A stretch of 51,937 bases of DNA from Mustelus asterias (GCF_964213995.1 NW_027590419.1:310001-361937), one strand, 5' to 3'; counted from the first letter of the stretch, positions 1 through 13,054 are shown. The notes: generated by a model not told the origin, from the letters alone. Program-made: numbers and translations.

Positions 1-297
1 GGTGCAGACTAGATGGGCCGAATGGCCTCTTTCTGTATTGTACGGTTTCTATGATTTCTATGAGAAAGGCATCGAAAACGAAAAAAAAGGGGTGTTGAAG
101 TATCTCAGATCGATATTGCAAATGTAAGTTCCGATCATTAACTAATGTAACTGCAACTGGACCACACCAGTTGCTGTTTTTGAGTGTTGTCTTTTGTTGC
201 AATGTTAAGAATCTCTGTCACTCTCTCTGTGGAAACTGAATTACCCGCGTGTGTGCGCGCGCACCCTGCTGGGCACTAACTGGAACTGCCAGTGTGG

Positions 298-337
298 GGT
301 TTTTGTACGGCAATCGCTATATCTCTGCAGCAGTGTG
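298..337 (-). other. RSS of V-A1 (CACACTG, 24 bp spacer, ACAAAAACC)
   Basis: Heptamer 337-331 and nonamer 306-298 on the minus strand, counted directly. Confidence 0.9.
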
Positions 338-835
338 GGTTTCATGGCACAGAAGTACCCGGCGCTGTCGGAAATCAGTGTGTTACTGATCGTCAGCTCG
401 CTAGTCTTGTTCTTTTTATCAAATTTGGAAGAAAACCGATCATTGAGGTCGGGATTCTTTTGCACAATCTCTCCAATAAGCTGAAACATGTACACTGGAG
501 CTTTCCCGGGCTGCTGACTGTACCAGTACACATAAGGGTTGGAATCGCTTGTTTTCAAAGCGCAGGTTAGTGTGACATCATTTTCCTCTTTAACCTTTAT
601 TCCAGGATCCAATTGTTCCACTTCGTCTTGGTGGCTCCTTTCTAACAGAAACAACAGCAATATGACAATCAGAGTTAGCCTCAGATCAAACGATACAATT
701 ATCATTATCACTATTGTTTTATCAACAAGAATATCTGGGTTACAGCTGTCAGGAGGAGCTTGTAGTTTTACTGGGAAGAAAATACTTACTGAGAAGTGAG
801 AGAATGATGAGGATCGGAGTGAGATAGTTCACCAT
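338..835 (-). CDS. TCR alpha/delta-type V segment (V-A1): leader exon 835-790, V exon 641-338
   Basis: Leader MVNYLTPILIILSLL with GTAAGT donor and TTAG acceptor, phase 1. Ig V-set motifs LTC...WYSQ...RFS...DSAGYFC-AMK, followed by an RSS. TRA/TRD assignment is inferred from the framework and RSS type. Confidence 0.9.
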
Positions 836-1939
836 GATGCTTCCTGAGTCTGTAACTCTGCAATGAGAGAAATCCTGTCAGAGACAGAAAGACACTGTTC
901 CACTGCACTGCTGATCCAACCAATGAGAGGAATGGAGCAGCGGCAGCAATCCGTCCAATCACGAGAGCAGAAAACGGAAGTCGTGGGCGGGGATGCAGTA
1001 GACAAAATATTGAGTGAAGTGTGCGGCAACTTCAGCTGCACCCGGAACAGAAATAGCGAGACTTCCATCTCCGGAATCTGTCACCATTCTGAACCTGCTC
1101 ACTGTCCAAGTGACTGAGAAGAAATAGAGAGGGAGGGGCAAAACGGGGCCAGGGACATGAACAAAATAGAAACATCGCGTATCAATGCAGGAGATGTGGC
1201 CACTCGGCCCATGGTATCTTGGCCTAACAGATTTCAGAGTTGACAGATTTCTTCAATTCATCTTTCAAACCTCGAATCTCTCACAGTCACGGACATTTTT
1301 CTGCTTTCAACTTATCTCTCATTTCCTTCTAAAACTTACTATTATCTCTTCTTCCGCCATCTCTTTCAACACCGCAGGGCCGAGATAAGAGTCGGTGCAG
1401 ACTTGATGGGCCGAATGGCCTCCTTTTGCACTGTCGGGATCCGATGACCACCTTCCAAGTTTAACAAATCGGAGAGTAATCAATTAATCTAATCGTTCCA
1501 TTGCCCTCTCCCCTCCTGAAGTAGACGCTTGTGTTTTCCAAAGTTCTGCCGGCGGAAACACTTTCCCGGAGTTGACCTGAACATCACACCTTGGTTTTAA
1601 AGGAATAAACAATTTATGGGAAGCAGAAAAGGAAGCTTAACTGGCAGATAGATTCTACTGGGAGACCTGTATTAGCAAAACCTTCCTTATATTTGTTTCA
1701 AAACAGAGCTTTTTCTCATAAGCCTTGGCTGTGGATCCCGGTGTTGCTTGTACCACTGGCCCACATGAAGGCAGGACCTCCCTGCTTCTGATTAGATCTT
1801 AATTCCGCAACCTCAGGGCTGGATATTCACATCAGCTCCGGGAGAGATGTTTCAGATCAGCTGTTAATTCCCATCAACTCAGGGCTGAATATTCAGATCA
1901 GCTCCAGGAGAGATGTCTCTGACCCTCAGACCAGACCCA

Positions 1940-2470
1940 CTGATGTCACTCGCAGTTCACAGTGACGTCACATGGGCTACAGGGTGACGCCACACATTCT
2001 GACGCCACACATATCCGCATTCCGACGTCACAATACACGATGTTCTGACGTCTGACGTTGGGCGTCACGGTGCCACAGTGGTTAGCACAGCTGCCTCACA
2101 GCGCCCCCGGTTCGAGTCCAGCCTCGGGTCACTGTCTGTCTGGAGTTTGGATGTTCTCCCCGTGTCTGCGCGGGTTCCCTCCGGGTGCTCCGGTTTCCTC
2201 CCACAGTCCAAAGATGTGCGGGTTAGGTTGACTGGCCATGTTGAATTGCCCCCTCGTGTCAGGGGGATTCGCGGGGTAAAGATGTGAGGTTACGGGGAGA
2301 GGGTCTGGGTGGGGCTGTGGTCGGTGCGGGTTCAATGGGCCGAATGGTCTCCTTCTGCACTGTAGGCATTCTATGATTCTATGAGGTTCCAATGACGCGG
2401 ATGCTCTGACGTCACAATGCCGGATGTTCTGACGTCACAATACCGGATGCTCTGTCGCATGCGCACTCTC
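1940..2470. promoter_or_regulatory. Cluster of CRE (TGACGTCA) motifs split by a SINE, upstream of the orphan leader
   Basis: Several TGACGTCA/TGACGCCA motifs; 23-bp periodic copies at 2407 and 2430. Confidence 0.6.
2060..2390 (+). mobile_element. HE1-like tRNA-derived SINE
   Basis: A box (GTGGTTAGCAC), B box (GGTTCGAGTCC), body GTGTCTGCG..GGTTTCCTCCCACAGTCCAAAGATGTGCGGGTTAGG, and CR1-like tail GGGCCGAATGG..(ATTCTATG)n. Confidence 0.85.
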
Positions 2471-2665
2471 CTCCCCCGCACTATCAATGCTGAAGCTCCC
2501 TCACTGATTCACTTTGTGATCACAAGTCCCAGCGACCCGGCTCTCACCGACACTCTGTGACTGGTTTGGGGCTCGGTTTGATATCCAATAGCATTGCTTC
2601 CCCAGGAGCTTCTCTCAGCCTGGGATCTGCTGACAGCTGTTTCACACAAGCCGATAGGATCCAAC

Positions 2666-2723
2666 ATGTTTCTGAGCTTCACTTTGGTGATTATTTTCCT
2701 GGATTTCTTACTGTTCCCTCAGT
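2666..2723 (+). pseudogene. Orphan V leader exon (copy of the V-D leader; V exon missing)
   Basis: MFLSFTLVIIFLDFLLFPQ with GTAAGT donor, same peptide as the leader at 19990-19933. Homology stops in the intron at ~2792. Confidence 0.85.
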
Positions 2724-2830
2724 GTAAGTGTGGTCACTATTTCTGACAGCAATATTTCACACCTCAGCAATGTTAGGTTCTGTTAAATTGTGTTGTGTGT
2801 TAGGTTCTGTTAGGTTCTGTTAATTGTGTT

Positions 2831-3024
2831 GTGTGTGTGGACAACGCTTCAACAGATCGTGAAACTAGCAGAGTCACAAGGACACCCGCACCATGGAGAA
2901 ACGGTGGAAATGTGGGGACTGTGAGAAGGGATTCAATTGTCCATCAAAGCTGGAAACTCATCGATGCAGAAACACTGGGGAGAGGCCATTCACCTGCTCT
3001 CTTTGTGGGAAGGGATTTAGCCAG
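2831..3024 (+). pseudogene. C2H2 zinc-finger gene fragment
   Basis: [44 protein letters not shown] with TGERPF linker. Stops upstream; truncated by CR1 sequence. Confidence 0.8.
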
Positions 3025-3377
3025 ACGAGAGATGAAATCGCTGGGCCTCTTGACGCAAATCTTTGTCTCGTCACTGGACACAGGTGAGGTCCCAGAGGAT
3101 TGGAGGATAGCTAATGTGGTCCCGTTATTTAAGAAGGGTAGGAAGGATCACCCAGGAAATTATAGGCCGGTGAGCTTGACGTCCGTGGTAGGGAAGTTGT
3201 TGGAGAGGATTCTTAGAGATAGGATGTATGCGCATTTAGAAAGGAATAAACTCATTAACGATAGTCAGCATGGTTTTGTGAGAGGGAGGTCATGCCTCAC
3301 TAACCTGGTGGAGGTTTTTGAAGAAATGACTAGAATGGTTGATGAGGGAAGGGCCGTGGATGTCGTCTATATGGACT
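3025..3377 (+). mobile_element. CR1 LINE ORF2 (RT) internal fragment
   Basis: [57 protein letters not shown]. Confidence 0.9.
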
Positions 3378-4040
3378 CCTGGGCTTTGCCCCCCCCCTCC
3401 TGGGCTTTGCCCCCCCCCTCCTGGGCTTTGCCCCCCCCCCTCCTGGGCTTTCCCCCCCCCCCTCCTGGGCTTTGCCCCCCCCTTCTGGGCTTTGCCCCCC
3501 CCCTCCTGGGCTTTGCCCCCCCCCTCCTGGGCTTTGCCCCCCCCCTCCTGGGCTTTGCCCCCCCCTCCTGGGCTTTGCCCCCCCCTCCTGGGCTTTGCCC
3601 CCCCCACCCCTGGGCATTGCCCCCCCCACCCCTGGGCATTGCCCCCCCGCTTGCCCCCCCCCCCCGCTTGCCCCCCCCCCGCTTGCNNNNNNNNNNNNNN
3701 NNNNNNNNNNNNNNNNNNNNNNNNNNNNNNNNNNNNNNNNNNNNNNNNNNNNNNNNNNNNNNNNNNNNNNNNNNNNNNNNNNNNNNNNNNNNNNNNNNNN
3801 NNNNNNNNNNNNNNNNNNNNNNNNNNNNNNNNNNNNNNNNNNNNNNNNNNNNNNNNNNNNNNNNNNNNNNNNNNNNNNNNNNNNNNNNNNNNNNNNNNNN
3901 NNNNNNNNNNNNNNNNNNCCCGACTGCCCCCCCCCCCGACTGCCCCCCCCCCGACTGCCCCCCCCCCGACTGCCCCCCCCCGACTGCCCCCCCCCGACTG
4001 CCCCCCCCCCGACTGCCCGCCCCCCGACTGCCCGCCCCCC
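3378..4040. repeat. C-rich minisatellites flanking an N gap
   Basis: (CCTGGGCTTTGCn)n and (CGACTGCn)n arrays. Confidence 0.85.
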
Positions 4041-7000
4041 GCTTGTTCCCCTTCCCCCCCCCGAGCTGTCCCCCCCTCTCAGACCCGCCCTGACCAATTC
4101 CTCTGAGACCCTCCAGTCCCACCAGGATTTCACCCCCCCTCCCCCCAAATCCCAGCCCTATCCATAGGGGCCCCTCCCCAGCTCCTGAACTCCTGTCCCC
4201 AAACCCCACCCCCACCGACAGACCCAAACCCCACCCCCACCGACAGACCCAAACCCCACCCCCACCGACAGACCCAAACCCCACCCCCACCGACAGACCC
4301 AAACCCCACCCCCACCGACAGACCCAAACCCCACCCCCACCGACAGACCCAGTCCCCACCGACAGACCCGAACCCCACACCCACCCCCACCGACAGACCC
4401 GAACCCCACCCCCACCGACAGACCCGAACCCCACCCCCACCGACAGACCCGAACCCCACCCCCACCGACAGACCCGAACCCCACACCCACCGACAGACCC
4501 AACCCCCACTGAGCCTAATCCCCCCCGACTCCTGAACCCACTCCCAATCCTAAACCTGCCGCACTCAATCTCTCACCCCCAAATTCCCCTCTCCCCTCCA
4601 GGTTCCCCACCCCCCAAAACCCCCTTTAAATCCCCACTGCCCAAACCCACTCTCAGTCCCTCCACTTAAACCCCTCTGAACCTCCCCTCTGCCCAATCTC
4701 TCTCTGCCCCTCCTCCCGATCCTCTCTGCCCCTCCCCCTGATCCTCTCTGCCCAATCTTCTCCAATCCCACTCTAATCACCCCCCCACTCACTCTCTCTC
4801 AGGAACTCACCGCCAAAGCCCTCTGAGCCCCTCCCAATCCTTCTCAACCCCCCGCCCTCAATCTCCACTAATTCCCCCCCCAAAACTCCTCTTTCCCCCA
4901 CCTGATTCCCTGTCCCTCTGCCCCATCTCCTTTCATCCGACTCTGTAAGCACCCCCTCCCCCCGCTCAATCTCTCTGACACCCACTGCCAATCTGACTCT
5001 CAGCCCCCTGAATCCTCCAAGTTCCTGCCCCAATTCCTCAGCCCCCCCCAAAGGCTCCCTTTGCCCCCCCTGCCAAACTCAAGCCCCCCCTGACGCCTGC
5101 ACCCAATCCTTCCTCAGTCCTCCCCACCCCTGTATCCCTCTGAGTCACCCCCCCGCTCCGAATCGCTCGACACCCCCCCAATTCTAACCCTGATGCAAGG
5201 CCACACCCTAAATCCCTCTCTGAATTTCCCCCCTCCCAAATCCCTATGAATCCACCCCGCCCTCAATCCCTTTCCCTCCACCCCAAATCGCCCCTCCCGC
5301 TAACCCCCTCTCTGACTCCCTACCCCATCCAGACCCTCCCCAGATTCTAAGCCCCTGAGATTCCTCTAGAATCTCCCCTGAATGTCTCCCGAGATCGCAC
5401 CCACCCTCGCCACATTCCTCTGCCCCCGAATCCTGCTCCCTCTCCAATCCCACCCCTTCAATCTGTCTGAGCACCAAACCATGTCTTTTAATCCCCGTAA
5501 GCCCCCCAATCCCTCCTGTATCCCTCAGAACCCCAGAAATCCCCCTCTAAACCCCCCCTTCCCGAATCCCCCTCAGTTCCCCCTGATTCCCTCCCTCTCA
5601 GTCCCGCTAAATCCCAAAGTCCCCATGAGACCCTTAAATCCCCCTGAATCCCTCTAATTCCCGACCACAATCCCTGAGTCTCTCCCTACATCCCTCTACA
5701 CTCTCCTCCTTGAATCCCTGTCAATTCCCCCCCCCCCCCCCCCACTCCAGCCAAATCTGTTGTCCCTCCTCACAATCCCTCTAAATCTCCCGATCCTTCC
5801 CTCTGAGCCCCGTACCCCGCTCCCCCACTGCCCAAACCATCTTCAAAGCCCCCCGGCTGAATATCCCTCTAAGTTCCCCTCTTTCCCCCCACCCCTCTCA
5901 ACCTGGCAAATTCCCACTCCCTCCCTGTGAACAGCCTCTGGACTGACAGATCCCCCCCCTTCTAATTAGTAACCCCCCCCCACCACACATCTATCCCCGT
6001 CCACCACCCCCCTGTAAACAGCTCCTGGTGGAGTTGGATGTGGAAACTCTGCCCATTTTAAACATTAACGTTCAAACGACTAATTCCCCTGACACTGAGC
6101 AGCCTGTGTTATAACATCCCGCACCCCCATCCTGTACAACAGACCCCCTGTCTGATTCCCCCCCCCCCCCTCAATTGCCCCCTTTCTCTGATAACCCCTG
6201 ACTCTGGTCAGCCTGTGTTATAATATTCCCCCCTCTTGTACAACAGCCTCCCCCACCAGCCCCTTCCCTCTCTGTCTAATAGCCCCTGGCTCTGAACAAG
6301 CCCCTGTATTACACACTCCCCCCTTTCAGCAGTGCTGAATCCCTCTGAATTGCCCCCGATTCCCTCCCTCTGCGTTCCTGGGCCTTTGCTGCTTGTGAAC
6401 AGCAAACCCGTGATCTGGCCCGTCCCCCACGAGAGAGCAGAGAGGGAGATAAGAGGCAGAGAAGCAGAGAGATATAGAGATGGAGTTAGAGAGAATGCTA
6501 CTGTAATTCAGACAATGATTCACAGAGAGAGGGAAGCAGAGATCAGATACAGAGAGAGATAAGAGGCAGAGAGATATAGAGATGGAGATAGGATGCGACT
6601 GTAATTCAGACATTGATTCACAGAGAAGGGAGGGAGCAGAGATAAGAGACAGAGATATAGAGATGGAGTTAGTGAGGAATCTGCTGTGATTCAGACAATG
6701 ATTCACAGAGAGAGGGAAGCAGAGAACAGATAGAGATATAGAGACAGAGGATGCTACTTTAATTCAAACAGACTGAGTCAGGGGGAGGCAGAGATAGAGA
6801 GAGGGGGAAGCAGAGAGAGATAGAGAGAGTCAAGCAGATAGCTAGAGAGATAAGACAGAGAAGCAGAGTTAAAGTTCAAATTTTATTCGTCACAAGTAGG
6901 CTTACATTAACACTGCAATGAAGTTACTGTGAAAAGATGGAGATAGAGAGAATGCTGCTGTACTTCAGACAGAATGAGTCAGAGAGGGAGCAGAGATAAA

Positions 7001-9777
7001 GGGGAGCAGAGATAGATAGAGCGAGAGAGAGATGGAGAGGAGGCTGCTGTGATTGAGATAAAATGATCCACAGAGAGGGAGAGAGAGATGTGCAGAGAGG
7101 CTGAGATACAAAGTGAGATGTCGAGATAAATAGAAAGTGGGGCTTTGGCAAGACAGTGACAAAGTTTCAGAGAGAGAGTGAAAGATAGAGAGAATGAGAG
7201 AAAAGGGAGAAAGATGCTGCCATTTTGAGAGGCTGAGGTATAAAGGATGGGGAGAGACAGGGATTGGAAAGATGTGGAGAAACAGTTCTGAGGATGGGGG
7301 AGTTGCACAGACAGAGCTTCAGGGAGAGGGATTGAAATCTGGGATTACATTGGAGCAGGGATCACTGGGAATACCCCCTCCCCCTGACACACAGACCACT
7401 AACCCTCCGTGTAAAAGCCCCACCAGTCTATCTGTGAATAAAAATGAACGACCAAGACACGGGGACTTTTATTAATATTTTTCTCTCTGGTTATAGCTCT
7501 TGTCCGAGGATTCCTCACGGCAAAACTATTCGCTCTCTGCATCGCCAAAGTTTCCAAAGGAATTCTCCTTGGAAGAGAGAAAGAGAAAATAAAGTGAAAT
7601 TTGATTAAACACAAAACAAAAGCTGATTTAAAAACAATAAAAGGCACAGCAAGATCCCAGGACTTGCTGAAATTCACAATCTCACTGGGGGAGGTGGGGG
7701 AAACATTCATTTTCACCTCCTCATTATTAAACCCTGACAAAATGGGAACACGTTTCAAATGCAATGAACTTCCAACTGCCTCCTGACTGTCCCGATATTG
7801 AATTTATTAAACACATCAAAGCATTCTGGGGGCTTTACTCCAGAGACAGGCCAGTGAAAAAACACAGGAGGCCCCAATGAAGTTCCCACTTCTATCAGTC
7901 ACCTCTCTCCCCTCACTCTGTTTCTCCCTCTCCGTCTCTTACACACTTCCCCCCAGATCTCTATCTGTCCAATACCCCGTCTCTGCTCCTGTCTCTGGAT
8001 AACCTGTCCTGATCTCTGCTCTGTTTCTCTATCTCGAGGCGAATCTGGATTGAAATGCTCTCTCTAAGTTTCTGTCTGACCGTTTAAAATAAAACTCACA
8101 ATCAAAAGGGAAATGAGAAGGGGGCGGGAGCTGGAAAATCCACAATCCCACCCTGAAGCGGCTGCTTCACATTTTATTGAACCATTGAATTCAGCCACTT
8201 AAACCCTGTTGGGGAATTAAGCGAATGCAAAAGTGCTGCTGAGATTTAGGCTGTGAAGTGAGGCCTAGTCACAGAGGCTGCATTATTCCTCCGGTAGAAA
8301 GAACAAACCCCCCTCTCTCCCACCCCCCAGTTAAACAGAACAATCTTCTCCATCCACACCCACAAATCCCAGCGCCCTGTCTAAAAACACAAGCAGGACT
8401 CTGGGATTGAGAACAAGCCTTTCCCCCCAGGCTCAGGAATTTGAATTTCAGCTCCCTCTCCCTCCCGAGTGCTTCACAGTGAGAGAGAGAGAGAGACTGG
8501 GAATGCTGCAATCAGGATCCCACAGGGAGTCCCACACTGCAGGAGGACACCCCCCACCCCCAGAGACTCTGTCTCTATCCCCCTACCCCCCCTCCCCTGA
8601 GCCCCCCCACACTCCCCACCCATTCTCTATTCCTCTCTCTCTACCCCACCCTCCTTCCTCTCCATCTTTTCATGTTTAAAGTGTGGGGCGCTGTCACAGT
8701 GCAGGGAATATGGGGCGGGGAGGAGGGCACAGCAAGATCCCACACACACAGTCTGAGCAGGGCCAGATACAAAGTGATTTTTAAGTGAGGATTGGGCTAA
8801 AGTGAGTGGGCAATGAGGGAACCACACTTCTCCCTCTCTCTCCCTTGCTCCCCCCCTCCATCTCTTCCCCCACCCCAAATAAAAATAATGACAAGTCACT
8901 CCAGGATTGGGGCTGTTTGTACATTCAATATGAACAGGGAACCTTCCACTTCGAGCACAGTCACACCTCTCCCATTCCCTCTGTCTCTCGCTGTTTCTTT
9001 CTCTCTGCCTGTTTCTCTGCCTCTATCTCTGAACCTGTCCAGCCCCCTCTGTGTCTCTTTTGCTTTCCCCCCAGATCTATATATATCCAAACCCCATCTC
9101 TGCCCCGGTCTCTCCTACTCTGGATAATCTGTCCTGATCTCTGCTCTGTTTCTCCGTCTGGGGATGAATGGGGATTAAAATGCTCTCTCTGATAAGTTTC
9201 TGTCTGACCATTTCAAATAATGACGTGTTGTGGGCCACGCTTGCTATTTCTCAGTGATTTCCGTGGGGAAATGGGGAGGGAAGCTCCTCCTGCAAAGCCA
9301 GATCTCTCTCTCACTGCAATGTGGCAGCAGCCAGATTCCAATATCTTTATATTGGGAAAAAATCTTTTCAAACACAACAGCACAGATTCAGCCTCAGTCA
9401 CACAGCCGCTGGTTACAAATCCCACCTTCTGGGAGGGTGTGAGTGAGGGTCTTTTCCCCAGAGACTGGGGAGCTGGGCTGTGAGTGCAGAGCAGAGGACC
9501 CCCCCCGAACCCACCCCGCCCCTCCAGTGTGTCTCCTCTCCCTGCCCCTCTGCCTTTGATCTCCCTCTGTTACCCTCCCTTTCTCTCTCCCTCCCTGATA
9601 ACTCACAATCAAAGGAGAAAGATGGGAGAGAGAGATGCAGCAGGAAAACCCACAATCACATCCCCAATCCGATGGATTTAAGCGGCTGCTGCAGGTTTTA
9701 TTCGGCTGCCTTTCTCTCTCTCTCTCTCTGTCTTTCTCTCCTTCCCCCCCTCCCTGTCTCTCTCTTTCTCTCTCTCT
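3919..9777. repeat. Direct segmental duplication, copy 1 (partner ~31260-36690)
   Basis: Near-identical C-rich, GA-rich and unique segments, with the same short ORFs in both copies (e.g. 7194..7475 = 34049..34330). Copy 2 lacks ~4771-5722. Confidence 0.9.
4200..4505. repeat. 25-bp minisatellite (ACAGACCCAAACCCCACCCCCACCG)n
   Basis: Directly visible tandem array. Confidence 0.9.
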
Positions 9778-10119
9778 GAGTGGGATTATAAAAAGTCCAT
9801 TATCAAAGGAAATGAGCAAAATAAAATATAGAATCTAATTATTAAAATTCGGTCAGAAATGAAGAGAGATGAAAACAGAGATGGAGAAGAAGAAAGAAGG
9901 AAGATGTAAACTGCAATGAGTGAGAAGCAAATAGAAATAGAAAAGTTTAATCTTCATAGGAGAAGTGAACAGAAAATGAGGAAACTATGGAAAGAGAAAT
10001 GGACCAAAATGTGATCTTTCGAACTCACTGATCTGTATAATATGGTTTCATTTATATTAGCAGTTCACAACCCAGCTCACAGACCTGATTGAGTGAGAGG
10101 AGGTGAGAGTGCCTTTGCC

Positions 10120-10158
10120 GGTTTTTGTACGGGCTGACTGTGTCTCTGTAGCAGTGTG
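10120..10158 (-). other. 23-RSS of V-B1
   Basis: CACACTG (10158-10152), 23 bp, ACAAAAACC (10128-10120). Confidence 0.93.
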
Positions 10159-10596
10159 GGGCTCAGCGCACAGTGATACACGGCAGAGTCAGAGACATGG
10201 ACACCGGTGATATTTAATGGAGCTGTTTTCTTGTCTTTGTCCAAATTCGCAGAAAACCGGTCGGAGAAATCAGGAGATTTATCCCCCTTCCCGTTGCCGT
10301 AACTTTTCAATAAATATCTCGGAGCTTCTCCGGGACGTAGGATGTACCAGAAGAGAGTTTGATGAGCGTATTTTGCTTTGTAACTGCAGTTCAAACTTAC
10401 TGTCTGTCCTTCCTGAACCGTTAATTCGGGCGGCTCCTGGGAAACTGAAGTTTGGTCACTGGTTCCTGTAACAACATATAGAATGTGTGAGAAATCTGTG
10501 AGTGAATATAACCCATGAAACACACACTGAGGATTTGAGCTCAGACTAACCGGGCAGCATGACCATTATTATCAGTAAAGCACACAGGGAACACAT
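10159..10596 (-). CDS. TCR alpha/delta-type V segment (V-B1): leader 10596-10551, V exon 10465-10159
   Basis: Leader MCSLCALLIIMVMLP with GTTAGT donor. SVSQ..LNCSY..LFWY..RFSANLD..DSAVYHCALS, then RSS. Confidence 0.9.
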
Positions 10597-11289
10597 GGTT
10601 CCTGATTGGACAGTAAACAGCCACACTGTTTAAAATATGTTGCTGTTTCTCGTCTTATATCACAGAGTCAACTCAGATCAGAAGCAGCTTCAATTATTGG
10701 GAAGCTGCGGGGGTGGGGTCATTTTTCACTGCTGCGATTGGCAGTCTTCCTGAGATGACGTCAGCTGTGGACCAATCACTGTTCGTAGAGGAGTAAACTC
10801 AGTTTCAATCACTTTCCACCCCCGGCTGTGTGCATCTTTCTCACCCTCTTTCTCTCTCCATGGAAGTTTTATAACATTATCAGTTATACTGGCTCTTTGT
10901 CGGTTTAACTCTCTTCCTTTCGAACTCATTGTCCCTGTTTTTTGCATAGGTCTTTCTCTGTATCTGAATTTAAAAGTGTAATGAATAAGTTACATTCATT
11001 TATTCCGCGGGTATAAATAAGTGCATCCACGGCATGAACATAAATAGTAGTTGCTGTTTTAAATGTACCGGGGATATGTAGTCAGCCAACTCCAGTTTGT
11101 CGGTGCAGGCTTGAAGGGGCGAAGGGCCTATTTCTGTGGTGTAAATTTCTTTGTTCCACATTGAGATGCGGTTCCACCGGGGTTATTTGTTTCCCGGGAA
11201 AGCAATGATTTCAATCAGTCATTATTTCAATCCAGAAACTTCAAAATGTGACAACTCTGGGTGTGCCTTTGATGCTAAACCACATTTGG

Positions 11290-11750
11290 CTTATGAGGAG
11301 TGACTGAGTAGATTGGGTCTATACTCATTGGAATTCAGAAGAATGAGTGGAGATCTTATAGAAACATAAAGATTATGAAGGGAATAGATAAGAGGGAAGC
11401 AGGGAAGTTATTTCCATTGTCAGGTGAAACAAGAACAGCGCTGACTGTCATGGCCTCAAAATAAGGGGGATTTAGGACTGAGTTGAGGAGAAAATTCTTC
11501 ACTCAAAGGTTTTGAATCTGTGGAATTTCCTGCCCAGTGAAGCAGTTGAGGCTACCTCATTGATTATTTTTAAAGACAAGAATAGACATTTTTGAACAGT
11601 AAATAAATGAAGGGGTTATGGTGAGCGGGCGGCTAAGTGGAGCTGAGTCCACGAAAAGATCAGCCATGATCTTATTGAATGGCGGAGCAGACTCGAGGGG
11701 CCAGATGGCCTACTCCTGCTCCTAGTTCTTATGTTCCTATGTTATGTTCT
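11290..11750 (+). mobile_element. CR1 LINE 3' fragment
   Basis: Degenerate LGLYSLEFRRMRGDLIE-type C-terminus, 3' UTR and (TTATG)n tail. Confidence 0.8.
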
Positions 11751-12042
11751 TATTAAACAGATTTCCACTGACAGATAGGCATCTGATACAGAAAGATTAA
11801 AAGTAGAGATTGGTGGAGTTATTCGCCCGGGCGCTCTGCGGGTTTGTGTGATTGGGATGGGAAATTATTGGATTTGATCTGGGAGTAATCTGAGCGACAA
11901 ATATTACACTTACCAAGTGGAAATCATTGACCTCAGGGACGGAAAGCCACTCAGATGAAGCTGCACTGACGGATTCATTCTATGAACAGTTTCTCTGTAA
12001 TTCAACGTCATGTGTTTCCCTGACAACAGACTCTTGATTCTG

Positions 12043-12522
12043 GGTCTCATTGCACAGTAAGTCACGACTCTGTCAGCTTCAAACCTTTCTTGGACAAGAG
12101 AAAAGTGCTTTGTTTCAGGCTGAGATTCCCGCTGAAGTGTTCAAAGCCGAGAGCCTTATCGGTAAACCCATAACTACTGTTTCTGAGCAGATACTGAGGA
12201 GCTCGGTGTGGATACTGGCGATTCCAGAACAGGTAATTTTGTTGTGCAGCTGTACTCGATACAGAGTAACAGCAGGGAATTCGTGAATGGTCACCCTCTG
12301 CTGCTTGGATTACCGGTACTGACTGGGACACTGAGTCACCATTAGTCATCTCTGAAAATAACAACGGACACAAAGCGGGTTAGGTGGAATAACAACAACG
12401 GAATAAAATCGCCTAGAGATGGAAATGGGCAATGAATATGGTGATTGATGGATTTCAGAGGTTTAGAATGACCGACCTGTGATCAGGACAAGAACCAGAG
12501 TCAGATAGAGTTTCACCCCCAT
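12043..12522 (-). pseudogene. TCR V pseudogene: leader 12522-12477, V exon from 12351
   Basis: Leader MGVKLYLTLVLVLIT; DSVSQ..C..YLFWNRQYP. A frameshift in FR3 puts YCAMRP out of frame (TGA at 12062-12064). No recognisable RSS. Confidence 0.85.
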
Positions 12523-12599
12523 GGTTCCAGTCTGGACTCCAGAAACAGAGGCAGTGATCACTGACTATACCAGACCTGCAATTAGAGAAGTGGAAACAG

Positions 12600-12730
12600 C
12601 CAGGGGGATGCAGTGACGTCAATGCGATTCCCTGTCCCCGCCCATTTTCACATGTTCAACCAATCGCTTCCTCTCGAAGGGGATCGTGATGTTTCATAAG
12701 TGATGAGAGAGCGCCCTCCCGTGGACAGCA
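12600..12730 (-). promoter_or_regulatory. V promoter motifs: AGTGACGTCA CRE decamer, GC box, CCAAT
   Basis: TGACGTCA at 12614-12621, ~90 bp upstream of the ATG. It resembles the CRE decamer known from mammalian TCR V promoters. Confidence 0.55.
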
Positions 12731-13054
12731 CAGCCGCATATTGGAAACAGACACACACACAGCCACGTGCAAAGGCCAACACATAAAGACATATAAAACC
12801 GTCCAGATATATGCCCAGACACAGATATCAATTCCGACGTTCCTAATCATTAAGGCAGAAAGCAGGAGTGTTCTGGAGATATTTGACACATATTGGTCTG
12901 AGTTGCTGACGATGACGGTATGTCAATAACTCCACCTTTCGTGTTCGCGGCAGGCCTCGTATCCAGCACCGAATCAACACAAGCATCGACAGAAAGACAA
13001 ACAAAAACTGTGAAAGATTCCCAAACCGATCCACTCAAACATCGATACAGGACA

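Larger units (their letters stand above)
62..2792. repeat. Left arm of ~2.7 kb inverted segmental duplication (partner 19865-22677)
   Basis: Reverse-complement match covers the V gene, promoter, CRE repeats, HE1 SINE and the leader exon of the neighbouring V. Paired coordinates sum to 22741 across the V gene. Confidence 0.95.

Noticed and set aside
241-711. ORF-track N- and C-terminal extensions of the V genes
   Set aside because: They are read-through of intron and RSS sequence. True boundaries are set by splice sites and heptamers.
2060-2135. tRNA gene
   Set aside because: The A/B boxes belong to the head of an HE1-type SINE with body and tail attached.
4200-4505. Regular repeat array superficially CRISPR-like
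   Set aside because: Head-to-tail 25-mers with no unique spacers, in a eukaryotic context.
3290-5700. Long Pro/Gly-rich ORFs (also 31065-32474)
   Set aside because: Translations of C-rich minisatellites and N gaps, open in several frames.
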